This document shows, piece by piece, positions 33,400 through 46,700 of a stretch of 64,000 nt of DNA (positions are counted from its first letter, which is position 1; each line of letters begins with the position of its first letter). Location of the stretch: NCBI GenBank assembly GCA_027923505.1, contig BROI01000008.1:620001-684000 (forward strand), in the 5' to 3' direction. The notes below the pieces were generated by a model that saw only the letters and a list, made by a program, of their open reading frames with translations, searched no databases and was not told where the DNA came from. The position numbers were made by a program, and so were the translations under genes. This DNA comes from Mayamaea pseudoterrestris. Its lineage: Eukaryota.

Positions 33400-36300
33400 T
33401 TATACCAAAGATAAGCTGCTGTCAGCGAATATTTGATTTGTATGCCGATGCTTCGCATCAAACTGTATCTCTTGTAGCAGAACCGGGTGTTTCAAGGTCA
33501 GATTATCTCTAACTTCGTCAGGGAACAGACGAAAGACCACAACAAAGTACTCCATCAACGTTGGAACAAGTGGAGACCGATGGCGCTTCAATGCCTCTCG
33601 GATTTGGACGAGCATGGGCAACATGTGCTCTAATAGGTGCTTTCGGCTCACCTTGTGAATAAGAGCTCCTTTAACTTTTAGGCGCAGGGCTTCATTCTTC
33701 GAAATGCTTTCAATTTCCGCGTCCTTTGGAGTACGACGAGGACGGATCGTTTTGCTGGCAAGAATTGTTAGTGCATCCAACAAAACATTGTAACCTGGAT
33801 CGTCAGCGTTGTCGGTTGCGCATGCTTGGCTGAGACCACTTCCCTGCTGGGTACATCGCGTTAAAATGTCCTTGGCAATCCCAGCCGTCACTGCAATCTT
33901 CTCTGCTTCCGTCAATTGGGAGATCATTAGTTCGTAGAGCTTTTGGCGTTGGGCAAATCCCTTACAACCTAATAAATGGTCGCTACAGAACGTCGTCCCC
34001 GGCGCTAGATCACTCAAGCTTTCAAAAGTTTTGAGCATATCGTGAGCTTCGCAACCATTCAATACAAACATAGACTCAACGAAATGTGACGCGAAAAGCT
34101 TGTCCTTTTTCAATGGCCCGCAAATCATGGATTCAGCTAGCGAAGCGACATCTTCGTCTTCGTCAATCGTCGCCAAGAGAAAGCTCGGGAAGAGACTACC
34201 GCGCCACTTAATAAAATCTTGAAGCAAGAGTTCAGCGAGGACAAGTATTGCGTGCTTTCGGGTGAGGACATGCCGTTGACCATCGCCTGACGATATGCCG
34301 GCCTGCAAACACGAAGCCATTTCTGGTAGAAAGCGGTCAGCCAAATTTGTGTATCGCACAATCATATCGCCCATGCAAAGAAGGGCGTTGCTGCGAATAG
34401 CTGGGCTTTCTTGACATTGTAAAGCTTGCACGAACACGCTCAAACTCTCTTTTGCCAGCCCCTCATCGCGTAGACACATCTTGCCCAACGCAGCTAGGGC
34501 ATGTCCCCGAATAAGCTCGCCAAAAGTCTTTCTACTCGAAAACGCCATGACAGCCTTGTGAAGTTTATCAGACGGTTTGACGTCAAGATGAAGTGAAGAA
34601 ATTAACGTCGTTACGTCTATCTTGCCGCAAGTATCGTCCGACACATATCCAATTAGGCGCACCTCCCCAAGCGTGCACATAACACGAGAAAGCAGAAGCT
34701 CATTCTGCGCTGAAAAACCATTTACGTCGACTCTTTCAAAAATTTCTTTTTCGCAATTCGCAAATAAGCGTCGGATAGCTTCCGTACAGACCATCGCAGT
34801 CGGTTCAGGAGCCCTGGAAGAGCACATAAGGGACGCGAAGTAGAGCTGGACAGCAGCCGCAATGTAAACTGTCTCCAATTGGAAAGTCGCGAGTAATTTA
34901 TCAAGATGCACGCTCAATCTTAAAAACATGCCACCGTCATCCAAACAGAACGCCAGCATTGGCAGGACTTCCAAACAGTGCACCTTGGCAGAGACGCAGC
35001 TCTCTGAGTCTGGATCAACATGGCAAGTGATAAATAGGGAGAAGAAGGAAGCAACGGCAAAATCGAAATGTCCATGTAGTCTTGCATTGCGCTTGATAAG
35101 CGAAGCGACGTCTTTGATGTTACTCTTGTGTTCCATTACCGCGTGGAATAGGCACCATAAACCTGCAGCGGAGGCGTTAGAGTTAATGTCTTCCACCATT
35201 GCAGCACCTTCACGCTGAATGCATATAAATAACTTCACGATGTCATTTCGTTGAGAAATTGCGAAACGCAAAGCATCTGCCTCAAGTTTCGAGCCCCCGG
35301 GTTGCGTAGTGCGGCAGCTTATGGCCGAAAGTATGCTCCAGGCTCGGCGACTCGTAATAGAATTGTTTAAACCAACGACCGGGTCCAAAATTGTTTGATC
35401 CACCAATTGCAGAGCTTTTGTTTGAACTCTAAGCTCTGAATCAAGAACCATGGGGAGAACGGCAAGCGACCATTGGTTTAGAGCACCCTCGTAAACATCG
35501 TCTGCCAATTGATAATCAAGAAGGGTAGTCAATCCCTCAGCCGCAGCCGCACGAAGCATCAAAGACTTGGCATCTTGGCACGTGAGAACCAAGACTTTAA
35601 TGTCGTCTTGTGTCACAACAATTGTTAGTTGCTCGCCGACACCTAGGAGCGCAACTAAGCCTTTGATAAAACAGATCTTGCCATTCGCAGACGACTCTTC
35701 CAATATCAACGACCGGAATAGATCAGCGACATCTTCCGCTTCTGCACGAAAAGTACGCAGTAGAGTTGCGTGCCTTTCCTTATGGAGGCTTTCAAACATT
35801 GCAGTAAACTCATTTGCAGCGGCAACGCGAACAGGCTGCTTCAAATCGGAAACGCGCTTGCGCAACCCGGCGAACAGAACTGTCGCTATGTCTTCGTTGC
35901 AATAATCACCTCCATCCCATTTCATACGTAGGTTATCACATATGCTGTCATGAACAAGGGCGAATGATGCAAGGCGAATCGCAGCAAGTCGATGGAAATC
36001 TGCATTGCTGTCCAAAATTTTGACCACCCAACAAAGTACAAACTCAATCATGCCACTGTGACGCGACCCAACCAAGCAACTCTCGACGGCCGCACAAGTG
36101 CTAGCCCGAACTTTAGACGTGACGTTAAGTGGATCAGTGAGAAGCCGCTGCATCATGCTTGCCACACGTTGCAGCACCGGGTGAAGCGAGCACTTCAACG
36201 CGTCAGCTGCAAATGAAGCTCTTCTTTCTCCTGTTCCAGGTGTGCAAATGGAGCTTCTTTTCTTCAAGGTTATCGGAGTTGGGCTTGAGCCAATTGACTG

Positions 36301-37645
36301 TCGCTGCTCCGCTCGTTTCTTTCGGTTTGACATGGGCGTGTTAGGGTTCTCGTCGTCCGCTGCATCTCGTCGTCCCGACCGAGGGGTTTTGACGATCGAC
36401 CTATTAACGGCAGCAGATCTTGCCCGCTCTCCTGGTGCATCGAGAGCATAATTGACAGCATGAACCACTAAACGCTTAAATACGTCTGAGGCGACTTGCC
36501 CAGCGGTATTTTGACCTGACAGTGGTATTGGGTATTGGGTGTGAGTGAATGGCGGAAATCGAACATTGGGAATGCGGATGAAAGCCCACAATTTAGTTGA
36601 ACGCACCTTCTTCTCCGTTTGGCAGATCACTTGCACTCAACGTTATTAGCGAGTACAAGTTTCGTTGAACATCAACAACCATCTCCAAAGCAACGTCCGT
36701 TGTCAGTGAACTGTCCGCTACTTTCGTCAAGCAATCGCCCATGGCCAAGGAAGCCGCTGCTATTACGTTGCTTGCCATTTTTTCCAAGCCAGCATCTACT
36801 TGTTTACTTTGTCTTTTTCCCTGTAGAAACAAGGCTGCCGTGGTTGCCAGTGATGAGCCAACGGCGTTGAAAATGGTGCTCCGACAATCCTTGTTCCAGC
36901 TTGCGAAATGCTTGAACGTCGGCAACTTTGCCACGAGGAGCGCCAGCTCGAGTCCCCGAACAATGAGTTGGCGTTCCGTCAAGACATTTTCGTTTGTTTG
37001 ACTGATGTATGCACTTGAGTCGTCGTCATTCCTAGAGGAGTCACTATTGTCGTCGTCGTCGGCAGAGCTCTCGTCGTCAGTCGTATCAAATCTGCGCGCT
37101 CGCTTGGTAGACTGCATGTTCTTGGCGCTGATCAGCGGAGCTCCATGCTTTTGTTCGGAAACGAGCGCCCACTCTCGTCCATTACATTCCGTCCTCCATC
37201 GAGTCAATATTCTTGGTAGTTCCGACAAGACATGCAGGTCAACCAGACCGGACGAGAAGGACGCTGGAAACGCCAACAATCGCGCATATACTTGCGCAGC
37301 CAGCAGCGAAGAGTTCGTCAGCGTCAGTGCATTATGATCGCCCATGGCATCCTCATTGGCATCCTCGTCGTATGTCATGGGTAGCAAGTCGTCAAGGCAA
37401 ACTCGTTCGGCCATGTATTCGCAAAGGCAGTCCTTCAAATGATCAATGTTGTTTCCTAGTTTCTGGCGAAGGCTTTGAGTAGGTGCACCTAAATTGGAAG
37501 CAGGACTCTTGTCTGGGGTCGTCGTAGCGTTGGTTGTAGCCTCGTCATCTTTCAACAGTTTTAGAATGGTGTTTAAATCCTCGGTACTGCTGCTATCCAC
37601 GCTGTCGTTGAGCAAAGACTCGACGACAGATTGGAGCTCATTCAT
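33400..37645 (-). CDS. NCAPD3: Condensin II HEAT-repeat subunit CAP-D3 (exons 37645-36607, 36515-33400)
   Basis: Intron 36516-36606; Cnd1-type region IRGHALAALGKMCLRDEGLAK, AIRSNALLCMGDMIVRYTNLADRF, LLLQDFIKWRG, FVESMFVLNG, RSPLV..LMEY, QEIQFD. Confidence 0.88.
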
Positions 37646-37810
37646 GTTGGTGCGGAGAATGCTTTTGGTAGCCACCTTCTATTCAAGCCTACGATTCCGT
37701 CTTTTTATGATGACTTGCAATAAGATTTAGTGCGTATATAGAGATTGCTGCTTGCACAACACAAACAATGGTCGAGCAAAGACGAGTCGTCCGTGTGATT
37801 CGTCCAATGA

Positions 37811-37920
37811 CAACCGTTGGTGAGTCACACAGACAGAGCCGAAAGTTCTACATTAGTCGCGCTGCGACTATCGATCTACCGGTTCAAATCACCAGCAACG
37901 TATAGTAACCTAGCCGTTGC
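37811..37920 (-). promoter_or_regulatory. Two MSA-like (AACGG) elements upstream of CAP-D3
   Basis: CCAACGGTTG (37811-37820) and GCAACGGCTA (37911-37920) on the minus strand, about 170 and 270 nt upstream of the ATG at 37645. Confidence 0.4.
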
Positions 37921-38040
37921 CTACACCAATATCTATAAACTTCGTCGATTGATAAACGCGACAAACTATCGAGCAAGATTTATGCTATGACCACGTGACG
38001 TTTCTGCTGTAAGTTATCGCACCTGACCAGGAGTCATCGA

Positions 38041-38980
38041 CTAAGATCCAAACAATCCTTCCAATCCATTGTCGATTACCGATTCTGCCTCGACGTCATT
38101 GTCGCGTCGATTGCTTTCTCGCGTTTCCTTTTGTAGCAGTCGAGCAGTGTCTTCCAATGGAACATTGATGTTGGCCACTTCAAATTTGTGGCCACCAAAG
38201 TTGTGCTCGTCGTATTGAGCCCATTGTGTGTAACGATGCAAAACAATCGACAGACAAGATTGCGCATCTAGCAGCGAAGAATAATGACAAGAAGACAGTT
38301 GCAAATCAGCCTTGTCTACCCTGACGCATTCGTGAGGAACATGGATGAAGCTTGTGCAGCAATCTGAGAACATTGTCGAAAGTCCCTGCGCATGCTTTCC
38401 GAAAACGATGCAAGTATTGCCGGTCTTGAACGGATAACTGGCCACTGGAAAAGATATGCGTTTCAAAGAAGTCGATTGGCTGTGTCTGGTGGAGTGTGCT
38501 ATAGCAAGGCGAAGTAACTGCTTTTCGTCATCCAAGGTCACACCGTATCCATCGCTTGAGAAGGAGTCGGCCCATGCACCTAGCAGGCCTGTGATGTTGG
38601 TACAGTAGCAATCACTGCGTAAAAATTCAATAGCTCGTTCGATTGTAGGAAATGGTATCAGTCGAACATGCTTGGACGCGCCATGGGAACCTGGTGTTGC
38701 GACGTCGAGAGAGACGAGTCAGCTTCGACTTTCGACGAGGCGAAATTGTCGACGAAACGAACCACAAGCGACTTCATTACTTCGATCACACAAACAAAAA
38801 ACATCATCCACAAATCACTATCATACCTTCAACTGCAACCTTGTTGTTTCCAACGACAATGATAGTTCGTACTCCAAAGGCCGATGCGCAACGAAGAAAC
38901 GGACCAACGTTGGATCCCCGGCGAGAGTTCTGAAAGAGCAGAAACAATTCCGAAATTTCACTGGTTTGATCACTTGTCAT
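38041..38980 (-). CDS. SpoU/TrmH-family SPOUT RNA 2'-O-methyltransferase-like protein (exons 38980-38827, 38690-38041)
   Basis: Motif 1 NVGPFLRCASAFGV..IIVVG; spliced GSHGASKHV; motif 2-like IVFGKHAQGLS...CTSFIHVP; motif 3-like SLLDAQSCLSIVLH. Intron 38691-38826. Confidence 0.78.
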
Positions 38981-39245
38981 GATGCGGAGATTTCTAATAG
39001 CATTGATGGTATATATGTGTAATATAGGTGTGGGTAAACAGCGACGACGTGATTTTCTATTCAGTTGTGTCTGATGAGATGGATGAAACATCTTCCGGAA
39101 ACGTGACAGAAACGGTGCGACATGTCACGTTTGTCAAAATGCGCGCTAGCTGCTTCCTGATGACGACAATACTATTGCAACATACTTACGTATACCACAG
39201 CTACAATCCTCTTTTTCCTTCTAGGCATATTACATTCACAGCAGC

Positions 39246-40136
39246 ATGCCGAGCAGGAAGAAACGACAGAGGCCTCTCGCGCCAGCTCCATTGCGGAGTC
39301 TGAAGCGAGCCCGTCAAATTACCACAACCTTTCATCGGCTCTCGCGACAACTCGTGGCGGCGCAAGCCAAGGACGATGCTTCCGAAATTGCGAAACTGAC
39401 GAAACAGCTTGACGAAGCTGGTGGAAGAGAAGCGTACCAGCAAGCTAGCCAAATCAGCACAACGATTCATTCTACGAGCAAATGGGTGATGGCTCACCTT
39501 GTCGGCAAAGGTTGGAATCGAGGCATTTTGACTGCGAAGGAGGGCCATGGTGACAGCGATCAAACTCAGCCGATGAATTGGCGACCGACGCGACTATTGG
39601 AAGTTGGAGCCATTAACATGCAGCTGCTGGAGGCGGCAGAACGATCGAATGGAAAGTTGATCGTCCGAGCAATTGATCTCCAGTCGTCGCACGCCGAGAT
39701 TGAAGAGGCTGACTTTTTGGAGATAATGCCTGTACAACATAAGCAATACGACGTGATTGTTTGCTCAATGGTATTGAATTGTGTTAACACGGCCGAGGAT
39801 CGAGGCAAAATGATTTGTCGACTCTATCATTTCACAGTTCCACAAGGACTTGTCTTTGTCACAATTCCAAAAACATGTCTACAGCTCTCGCCCTTTATTG
39901 ATGAGCCGTCTTTCGTTGAAATATTGAAGACCGTGGGGTTTGAAGTTGTCGAACAAAAGTATTCGCCAAAGCTGTGCTTCTTCATTCTCCGTCGACCCAT
40001 GATGACCTACAACATTTCCGATGATGCGCTGAGAAAGTGGGCCACCGTCAAGGAAATACGACGAGGCAAGAAGTATCGAAAGAACGACTTCTCTGTTATA
40101 TTAAACGAAGCGGATGTGCGCGGCCATGATTTATAA
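39246..40136 (+). CDS. BMT2: 25S rRNA adenine-N1 methyltransferase Bmt2-like
   Basis: GGREAYQQAS, STSKWV, LLEVGA, AIDL, EEADFL, YDVIVCSMVLNCV...RGKM motifs. Confidence 0.88.
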   Translation: MPSRKKRQRPLAPAPLRSLKRARQITTTFHRLSRQLVAAQAKDDASEIAKLTKQLDEAGGREAYQQASQISTTIHSTSKWVMAHLVGKGWNRGILTAKEGHGDSDQTQPMNWRPTRLLEVGAINMQLLEAAERSNGKLIVRAIDLQSSHAEIEEADFLEIMPVQHKQYDVIVCSMVLNCVNTAEDRGKMICRLYHFTVPQGLVFVTIPKTCLQLSPFIDEPSFVEILKTVGFEVVEQKYSPKLCFFILRRPMMTYNISDDALRKWATVKEIRRGKKYRKNDFSVILNEADVRGHDL

Positions 40137-40186
40137 CAGCTATTAGTAACAACCTCAATCTAATTTTACTTTACAGTTAATCCAGG

Positions 40187-43100
40187 TCATATCAAATCCT
40201 CCAAAATACAAGGGGTGCGAACAGCCTCCGTGTAGCCCTTGACGAATTTGAGACGCAGGACGCGCGAAAGAGGAACACCCGACCCGGTATGAGACTTTTT
40301 GTTCTTGTTGGAACGATCGTAACCAACGCGTGCGGCATGCCTGGCCGACTTGGCTTCCATGGCCTTTCGTGCGCCAATTTGAAGAAAGTTGTGGCTTGTG
40401 GCAACCGAGTTTGGTGATGACATTTTAGCTTTCTTTGATATATGATCAGTTACATTCGTCGCGGCAATCTTACGCTTTGTCGGTTCTAACAATGCCATTG
40501 CCGTCTTCGTCAACATAATCGAAGTAGATTGGTCGACGGATATTTCATTGGCGATATTAGCAATTGCATTACGCTCCTGAGCCGCTCTCCGCGCAAGCAA
40601 AAGTTTGAGCTGGCAGAGAAAAATTTAAACAGGGTTATTCATATTGCTGCTTCAGTCACAAATAAACGTCCGGTAACTTACCGCAGCAGGGATTTCGCGT
40701 TTTTCACATCCAACGCAAGTATCCATCCCTACATACTCCACTAGTTGATGGATAGGAGGATCTAACGTCGCCGCAGCATGTTTTTGGGAGAAACAGTAGT
40801 CCCTGCTTGGCGCCTCTTCCAGGCACGCATATGTTAAACCGAGGGAATGCAGCACCATGCCATGCCGGTGAAATGAGCTGAGTTCATTGGCGTTTAACAG
40901 CTCGATGGATGCAACAGCTCGATTCAACGACCCTGTGCCTTGGCCACTCGAGAGGATTTGTAGACTATAGGGAATGAATTCTGACACCAGCAAGTAAGCG
41001 CTCCTGCTGCTCCGTGACTGGAGGGAGATACCCTCGGCAAACCTTTTGACTAGCGACTGATTGTTTTCATGCTTAAACTGATGATCGTAGAAATCACGTA
41101 CAGTGTACGTCAAGTCAGATCGCTGTTCTACCCGACATAGCAAGTGAAGGGCTGCTGCAGTGGTTGGAATGTGGTGATCTTGGACCGAGATCATTGCGCC
41201 AGTGGTGCTCAAAGAGTTTTGGGACCTGTAGGTGTCGCTAACAGATAGCCATTCCTGAGCTAGCGCGCAACGATCAAAGGCGGGATCGATATAAGATACT
41301 CGCGCTATATTTAGAAACATGGAGTCCAAAACTCTTGAAGAGTCTCCAAATGTCTGCAATACAATTAGAGTGAGTTGATTACACGTCGCCCATAGGATCA
41401 TAGCGAGCACAAGAGTAGTGTATCACTTACAGTTACAGCACGCATCACTCTATCAGTACTGTGAGATTGTCCCTTGGCTCGCTGTGAGTTCGTCTCTTTT
41501 TGCTTCCGAAAAATCACGGAAACAGTCCCTGCAACGTCTTTTCGCTCGTCTTTTAAACCATTGCCGCCCAAAGCCTCGAACAGAGCGTCACCAATATCTA
41601 CTGAGAACGATTTGCTCGAGTTTCCGGTTAGTGTGGTGTTACCTGCAGATAATTCTCGAGCTTGATAGGCGGCGAATTGCATGGTGTAAATGCATGAACG
41701 AATGTCTCCGCCTGACAGCGTCACAAGGTTATTCAACATGGAACTCCCACCTGATACAGTCAGCCCTTCCATTTTAAGGATAGCTTGCAGCCGCGAAATG
41801 AGACGCATTGTAGTTGGAGGTGATAAGTCAAATTGCTTGGCAAAAGGCAGCAAAGGTTTCAAGGCCGGAGCCCACTTGTTGTTGCAGATAAATATGATGG
41901 GCCGACGGAGAAATGTCATCCGCTTGGTTTTCTTCGACGGTGGGCTTGCTCGAATAATGTCCACAAGTGCCTTGACAGCTCCCTTCGCATCAGCGCCATC
42001 TATCTCATCCATTATGATACAGTTCGGTCGACTTTTCCCGTCTCGACGCTCAGTCTCTGAGAAGTTCAGCGTGCTCGACTCCATGGCGGAGACCAGCCTT
42101 TCCGTCAAGACACTAGCCGATCGCTCATCTGAACCGTTCACCTCAATAGGCCTATAACCAGCATGTCGAGCAATGATGTGGGCTAAAGTTGTCTTTCCAA
42201 TGCCTGCCGGTCCGGACATGAGGATAACACGCACTGATTCATCGGGACGGAGGTCAGATCCCTTCTTCTTCTGGTGAATTGCATCCCTTTTTGTATCCGC
42301 ATCAACCTTGGCAAATTCCATTTGTGGACGGGGCGGTGGCTCCTTTTGAAAGACATATGGATCCCAAGCTCTGAGCGCACGCAAAACCTCTCTATTGGTT
42401 CGTTCATCGCTAAGTAAATGCGCGAAAGTGGCTGGGGCATGCTTATCCACCCAAAGCATGTCATTACCCTCCTGCTTTGCAAGGTTCTCTTTGGCAAGAT
42501 GCGGTGCTTCTAATTTTCCTGATTCACTTTCGTCTCCATCCTCATCCTCGACAACGGGTTGCGGCTCCCCGAGGTGCAAGTCTTCGGCCGATTGCTGGTG
42601 CTCATGCTCCTTTCGACGCCGTGTCAAGTTTACTCTCCGCATTAAGTCCACCATTGAAATGCCAAGAACGGATTTCCCTTCTGTTTCTTTGGTGTGTTTT
42701 GCTGTCACCTTTTCATTTGCTGGAAAGTAGACCCGCATTCCTCCACCAAGGGTCATTGATGAGCATTTCGATCCTAGTACAGGACTACCGTATTTGTAGC
42801 GCAGCGCTCGTATATGTATTAGCTGCCGCGGCGGTCGCATAAATTCCATCAACTGCACATCCGCGGCCTGTGCGCGACGAGAAGGTCTTGCGACAGTTCC
42901 AATCAAGTCTAATGAGTCCGCCTCGACATTGCTGATTCCGTTGATCCAACGGTGCGTCTTCCATTTGGTTGCTTTCATTCCATCCGGTGATTTCGGTCTA
43001 TCGTCTCTCCAGGCTGTCGCTCCGTTATATCTGTGATAGTACGAACGTATTAGAAACACTAAGATTTTTCAAGAGCCAGTAAGTTTCGAGTTGCCTACCT

Positions 43101-43388
43101 TTCGAAAGCAAAAGGATCGTCAGATGACGATGTACGAATCTCAGATGAACGATTGCGCTCACTGAGTGAATCGGCATCGAAACTGTCCAAATCATCATTG
43201 ATTAATTCCATCGACGTTGTAAGGGAGGTGTTTAAGGTGGGCGAAGGTGCTGCCGTTGGCTGATCACGACTTTCGGCGGCCAGCATCTCCTCGAGCAGGC
43301 TTTCCTCATAATCAATTTCGTCGGGCGGTGGCTCATCATTGGCCTCCTGAATATAATCCTCAATCATATCATCATAGTCAACGTCCAT
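40187..43388 (-). CDS. CTF18: Chromosome transmission fidelity protein 18, RFC-like AAA+ (exons 43388-43099, 43030-41431, 41353-40682, 40609-40187)
   Basis: [22 protein letters not shown], Walker [18 protein letters not shown], Walker [25 protein letters not shown]-terminal KGYTEAVR; three GT-AG introns keep the frame. Confidence 0.95.
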
Positions 43389-43717
43389 GTTTACAGCAGT
43401 GATGTATACCACAGTATATTTTGATATCGTCCTTGTTATCAAAGTGGTGGAGCAATGGGCCTCGTCGTCGCTTCGCGTCGTCCAAGCAAAAAAATGCGGC
43501 GCGCGCGGAGTTGGGTCCGTCGATTCCAAAAAACCAATGCGACATCAACTGAACGGAACGATTGAAACCGGTGAGACTAATGAGCATCCACCAAAGAATT
43601 TTTTGTCGACAACATCGCACTATCCCACAGCCCACAGAATTGCCGACCATTTACGATCACTCTTGCTAACACGCAGAGGAAGAGCCTGCCTTTATATATT
43701 CGGTGGTGACCCAAAAC

Positions 43718-46700
43718 ATGTACAGTGAAATATGTCGGTCGATTCTATGCAGTCGTTTTCGCAGCCTAAGCTCGACGACGCGAGAGCTTCGTTTTGGCGC
43801 TCTGCTTGCTAGAAATCGAACCTTGTATACACATCCTTTTATAAAATGTCGCCTGCCAGCAAACGCACATCAATATCGATTGCATCAATCATCACTGCCT
43901 TCGCTGAAGTATCCGGGTAATCGCCTTTCATCGGTCATGGCCTTGTCATCGAATGACGATGGCGACGAGGACGATGAACTCTCCATTATTGCAGAGTCTG
44001 CTGCGCACATGTTTCCTCGGCAGCGCTTATCGTCATTGGATTTGGAGCTAGGAGAAGCATCTGTTTGGGATTTGCAAAGGAACAAAGATGATCTGGACGA
44101 TGATCCCGACAGCTTGTTTGGCCAGCCGTCAGTCACCAGCATCCGCCAACCAACAGTTCACCAGACGGCACAAGAACTACTGAGGACTTTTGATACACAA
44201 AGCCCTCCATCAGGCAATTTACACGATTTGCAGCTTTGGCTAGAATGCCTTGCACAGCAAGAGGCTGTCGAGAGGTATCAGAATGTCTTGGATAGCGCTC
44301 GCAAACGCAAGGATTACGCTTCCCTTCACACGGTACAGAAGCAAATATTGAAGTGGTTCCCTGTTCTTTGCGAAGAGATTCAGAAGCGACAAGATGCTTA
44401 TGTTCTTAACCAAAAGATGGACGGCAATGATACAAATCGAGCGCTGAAACGGTACGGTCCGTATTTGTGTGCGTTGAGCCCGGAGAAACTCGCTGTGATT
44501 GCTGCCCATGCAGGTATCATGCATGCTTTGGAGAGGAGTGGGGCAGACGGCAAGGAGGGTGTGCCATTTTTGAGCATGGCAAAGCGAATTGGTGAAGCTG
44601 TGGAAGAGGAGGTTCTAATCCACCGCGTCCTTCATGTACACTTCTTTGACGAGACCTCTGAAAATAAGTCGGTTACCGAAAACAACGAGTCGGTTCCTGC
44701 CGATGAAACGCCGCATGTCGAGCGGGAGCAAGAGGATGCAGCAATTCTTGTAAAGGATAAGGCTCTCCTATGGTCATATTCATCATCTCATTTGAAGCGA
44801 TACATGGAAATGATTAATCGCTACCAAGGGTCGAGTAAGAAGCAACGAGGCATTGCATACGCCATTCGTCGCGCGCGGCAACTTCTCGAGAGCGATATGG
44901 AATGGACCACTGAAGATAAAATTCAGCTTGGGGCTGCTTTGCTTCAGATTTTGTTGACCAACACCAGCCTAAATCTGCACAACAAACACCAGGAGATGGC
45001 ATTCACGTATGAGAAAAGGTGGCTACAAAAAGACAAAATAAAGTCATATGTATTTTTGAACGACGATCTCTACAAGATGATTGTTTCTGATAAGCTTGAC
45101 TCACTCAGTGCATCTACAACGCGTTACAAACCTATGGTTATACCACCAAAGCCTTGGCGAGAGCTTGATGACGGCGCATATATGTGGCTCAAGGCTGACC
45201 TTCTACGATATCATGGTTGCAGAACCCAAGAAGAAGCTTTGAGGTGTGCGGATCTCACCACCGTCTTTGATGGTTTGAATGCTCTTGGTAGAGTTGGCTG
45301 GCGAATAAATAAGTGCGTTTTGTCGGTGGCCCAAAAGTGTTGGGACGAAAGCATACCATTGGGAGACATACCATCGCAGACTGATTTCGATTTGCCGCCA
45401 GAGCCGATTAAGCCGCAATGGGTGGATCTCTCCGTGGACCAGGAAAGTCCCGCGCGGGAAAATGGTCTTGACGAGGTGCGAAAGTATCGCGAGGAACTGG
45501 CAAAGTTTAAGAGGATCCGGCAGAAGAATATGGTACGTTTCACTTCTACGTCGGTTCGTTAAATCGGTAGTTCAGCCTCAAACATTGTTTTAATGCACAG
45601 GATCTTCGTTCCCTGCGTTGCTCCGCTATTTTAAAACTTGACCAAGCAGTACGGTTTCGAGATTTTGAACGGATCTATTTCCCTTACAATATGGATTTTC
45701 GAGGTCGTGCCTATCCCATACCACCACATTTATCCAACGTAGGATCTGACCTCTGTCGGGGCATGCTCTTGTTTGCTGATGGTAAGCCATTGGGCTCTCG
45801 TGGCCTTTACTGGCTAAAAGTTCATCTCGCTAATTTTGCAGGCAAAGACAAGATGACGTTTGATGACCGCGCAGCATTTGTCGACGAAAACATTGATAAC
45901 ATTCGACAATCTGCGAGGGACCCTTTTGGTGGAGTACGTTGGTGGACCAGTCTTGAAGATCCATTTCAAGGCCTCGCGACATGTATCGAAATCGCGAATG
46001 CAATCGACTCGGGCAATCCGGAATCCTACGTCTGTCACCTTGCTGTTCATATGGATGGGTCATGTAACGGGCTGCAGCACTATGCCGCACTCGGACGCGT
46101 AAGTGACAGGTAGCATAGATCTTTTTCTAGACAAGTCCCGCCTGACAGCTTTGTCGCCGTTTTCCAGGACGTTGTTGGCGGTAAGGCGGTAAACCTTTGT
46201 GCGACGGACGAGCCTCAAGATGTGTATGTTGGCGTCATGCATGAAGTAATTCGCCGGGTGGCCGAAGAGGCAAGCCGAAGCGTCGAATTTGATATTAGCG
46301 ACAGTGAGTCGCTAAGCAAAAAGCAAAAGAAAGCTTTGAATAACAATCGTTCAGCCAAGCTTGTCAATGGCTTGATCGATCGAGGTGTAGTAAAGCGAAC
46401 TGTCATGACGAGCGTTTACGGAGTGACATACATTGGTGCCCGACAGCAAATCCAAGAAAAGATCGAGGAGAAGTTGGAGAATAAGGGATACGACATAGAT
46501 GACATGAGTCATGAAATCTTTCTCGCATGCGGCTATCTGGCTCGCGTCACGATGGATGTGATGGGTGATTTGTTTTCTGGGGCGAAAGAGACAATGAACT
46601 GGCTTACATCGTGTGCCCGGCTCATAACTCAACACAATGCACCTGTCGCCTGGGTAACTCCCATAGGATTGCCGGCTATCCAGCCTTACCGACAGAAGAA

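Noticed and set aside
37853..37920. Possible tRNA or Pol III gene: hairpin TAGTCGC-gct-GCGACTA and B-box-like GGTTCAAATC
   Set aside because: No cloverleaf could be built (no acceptor stem, D-arm or paired T-stem); tRNAscan-SE would settle it.
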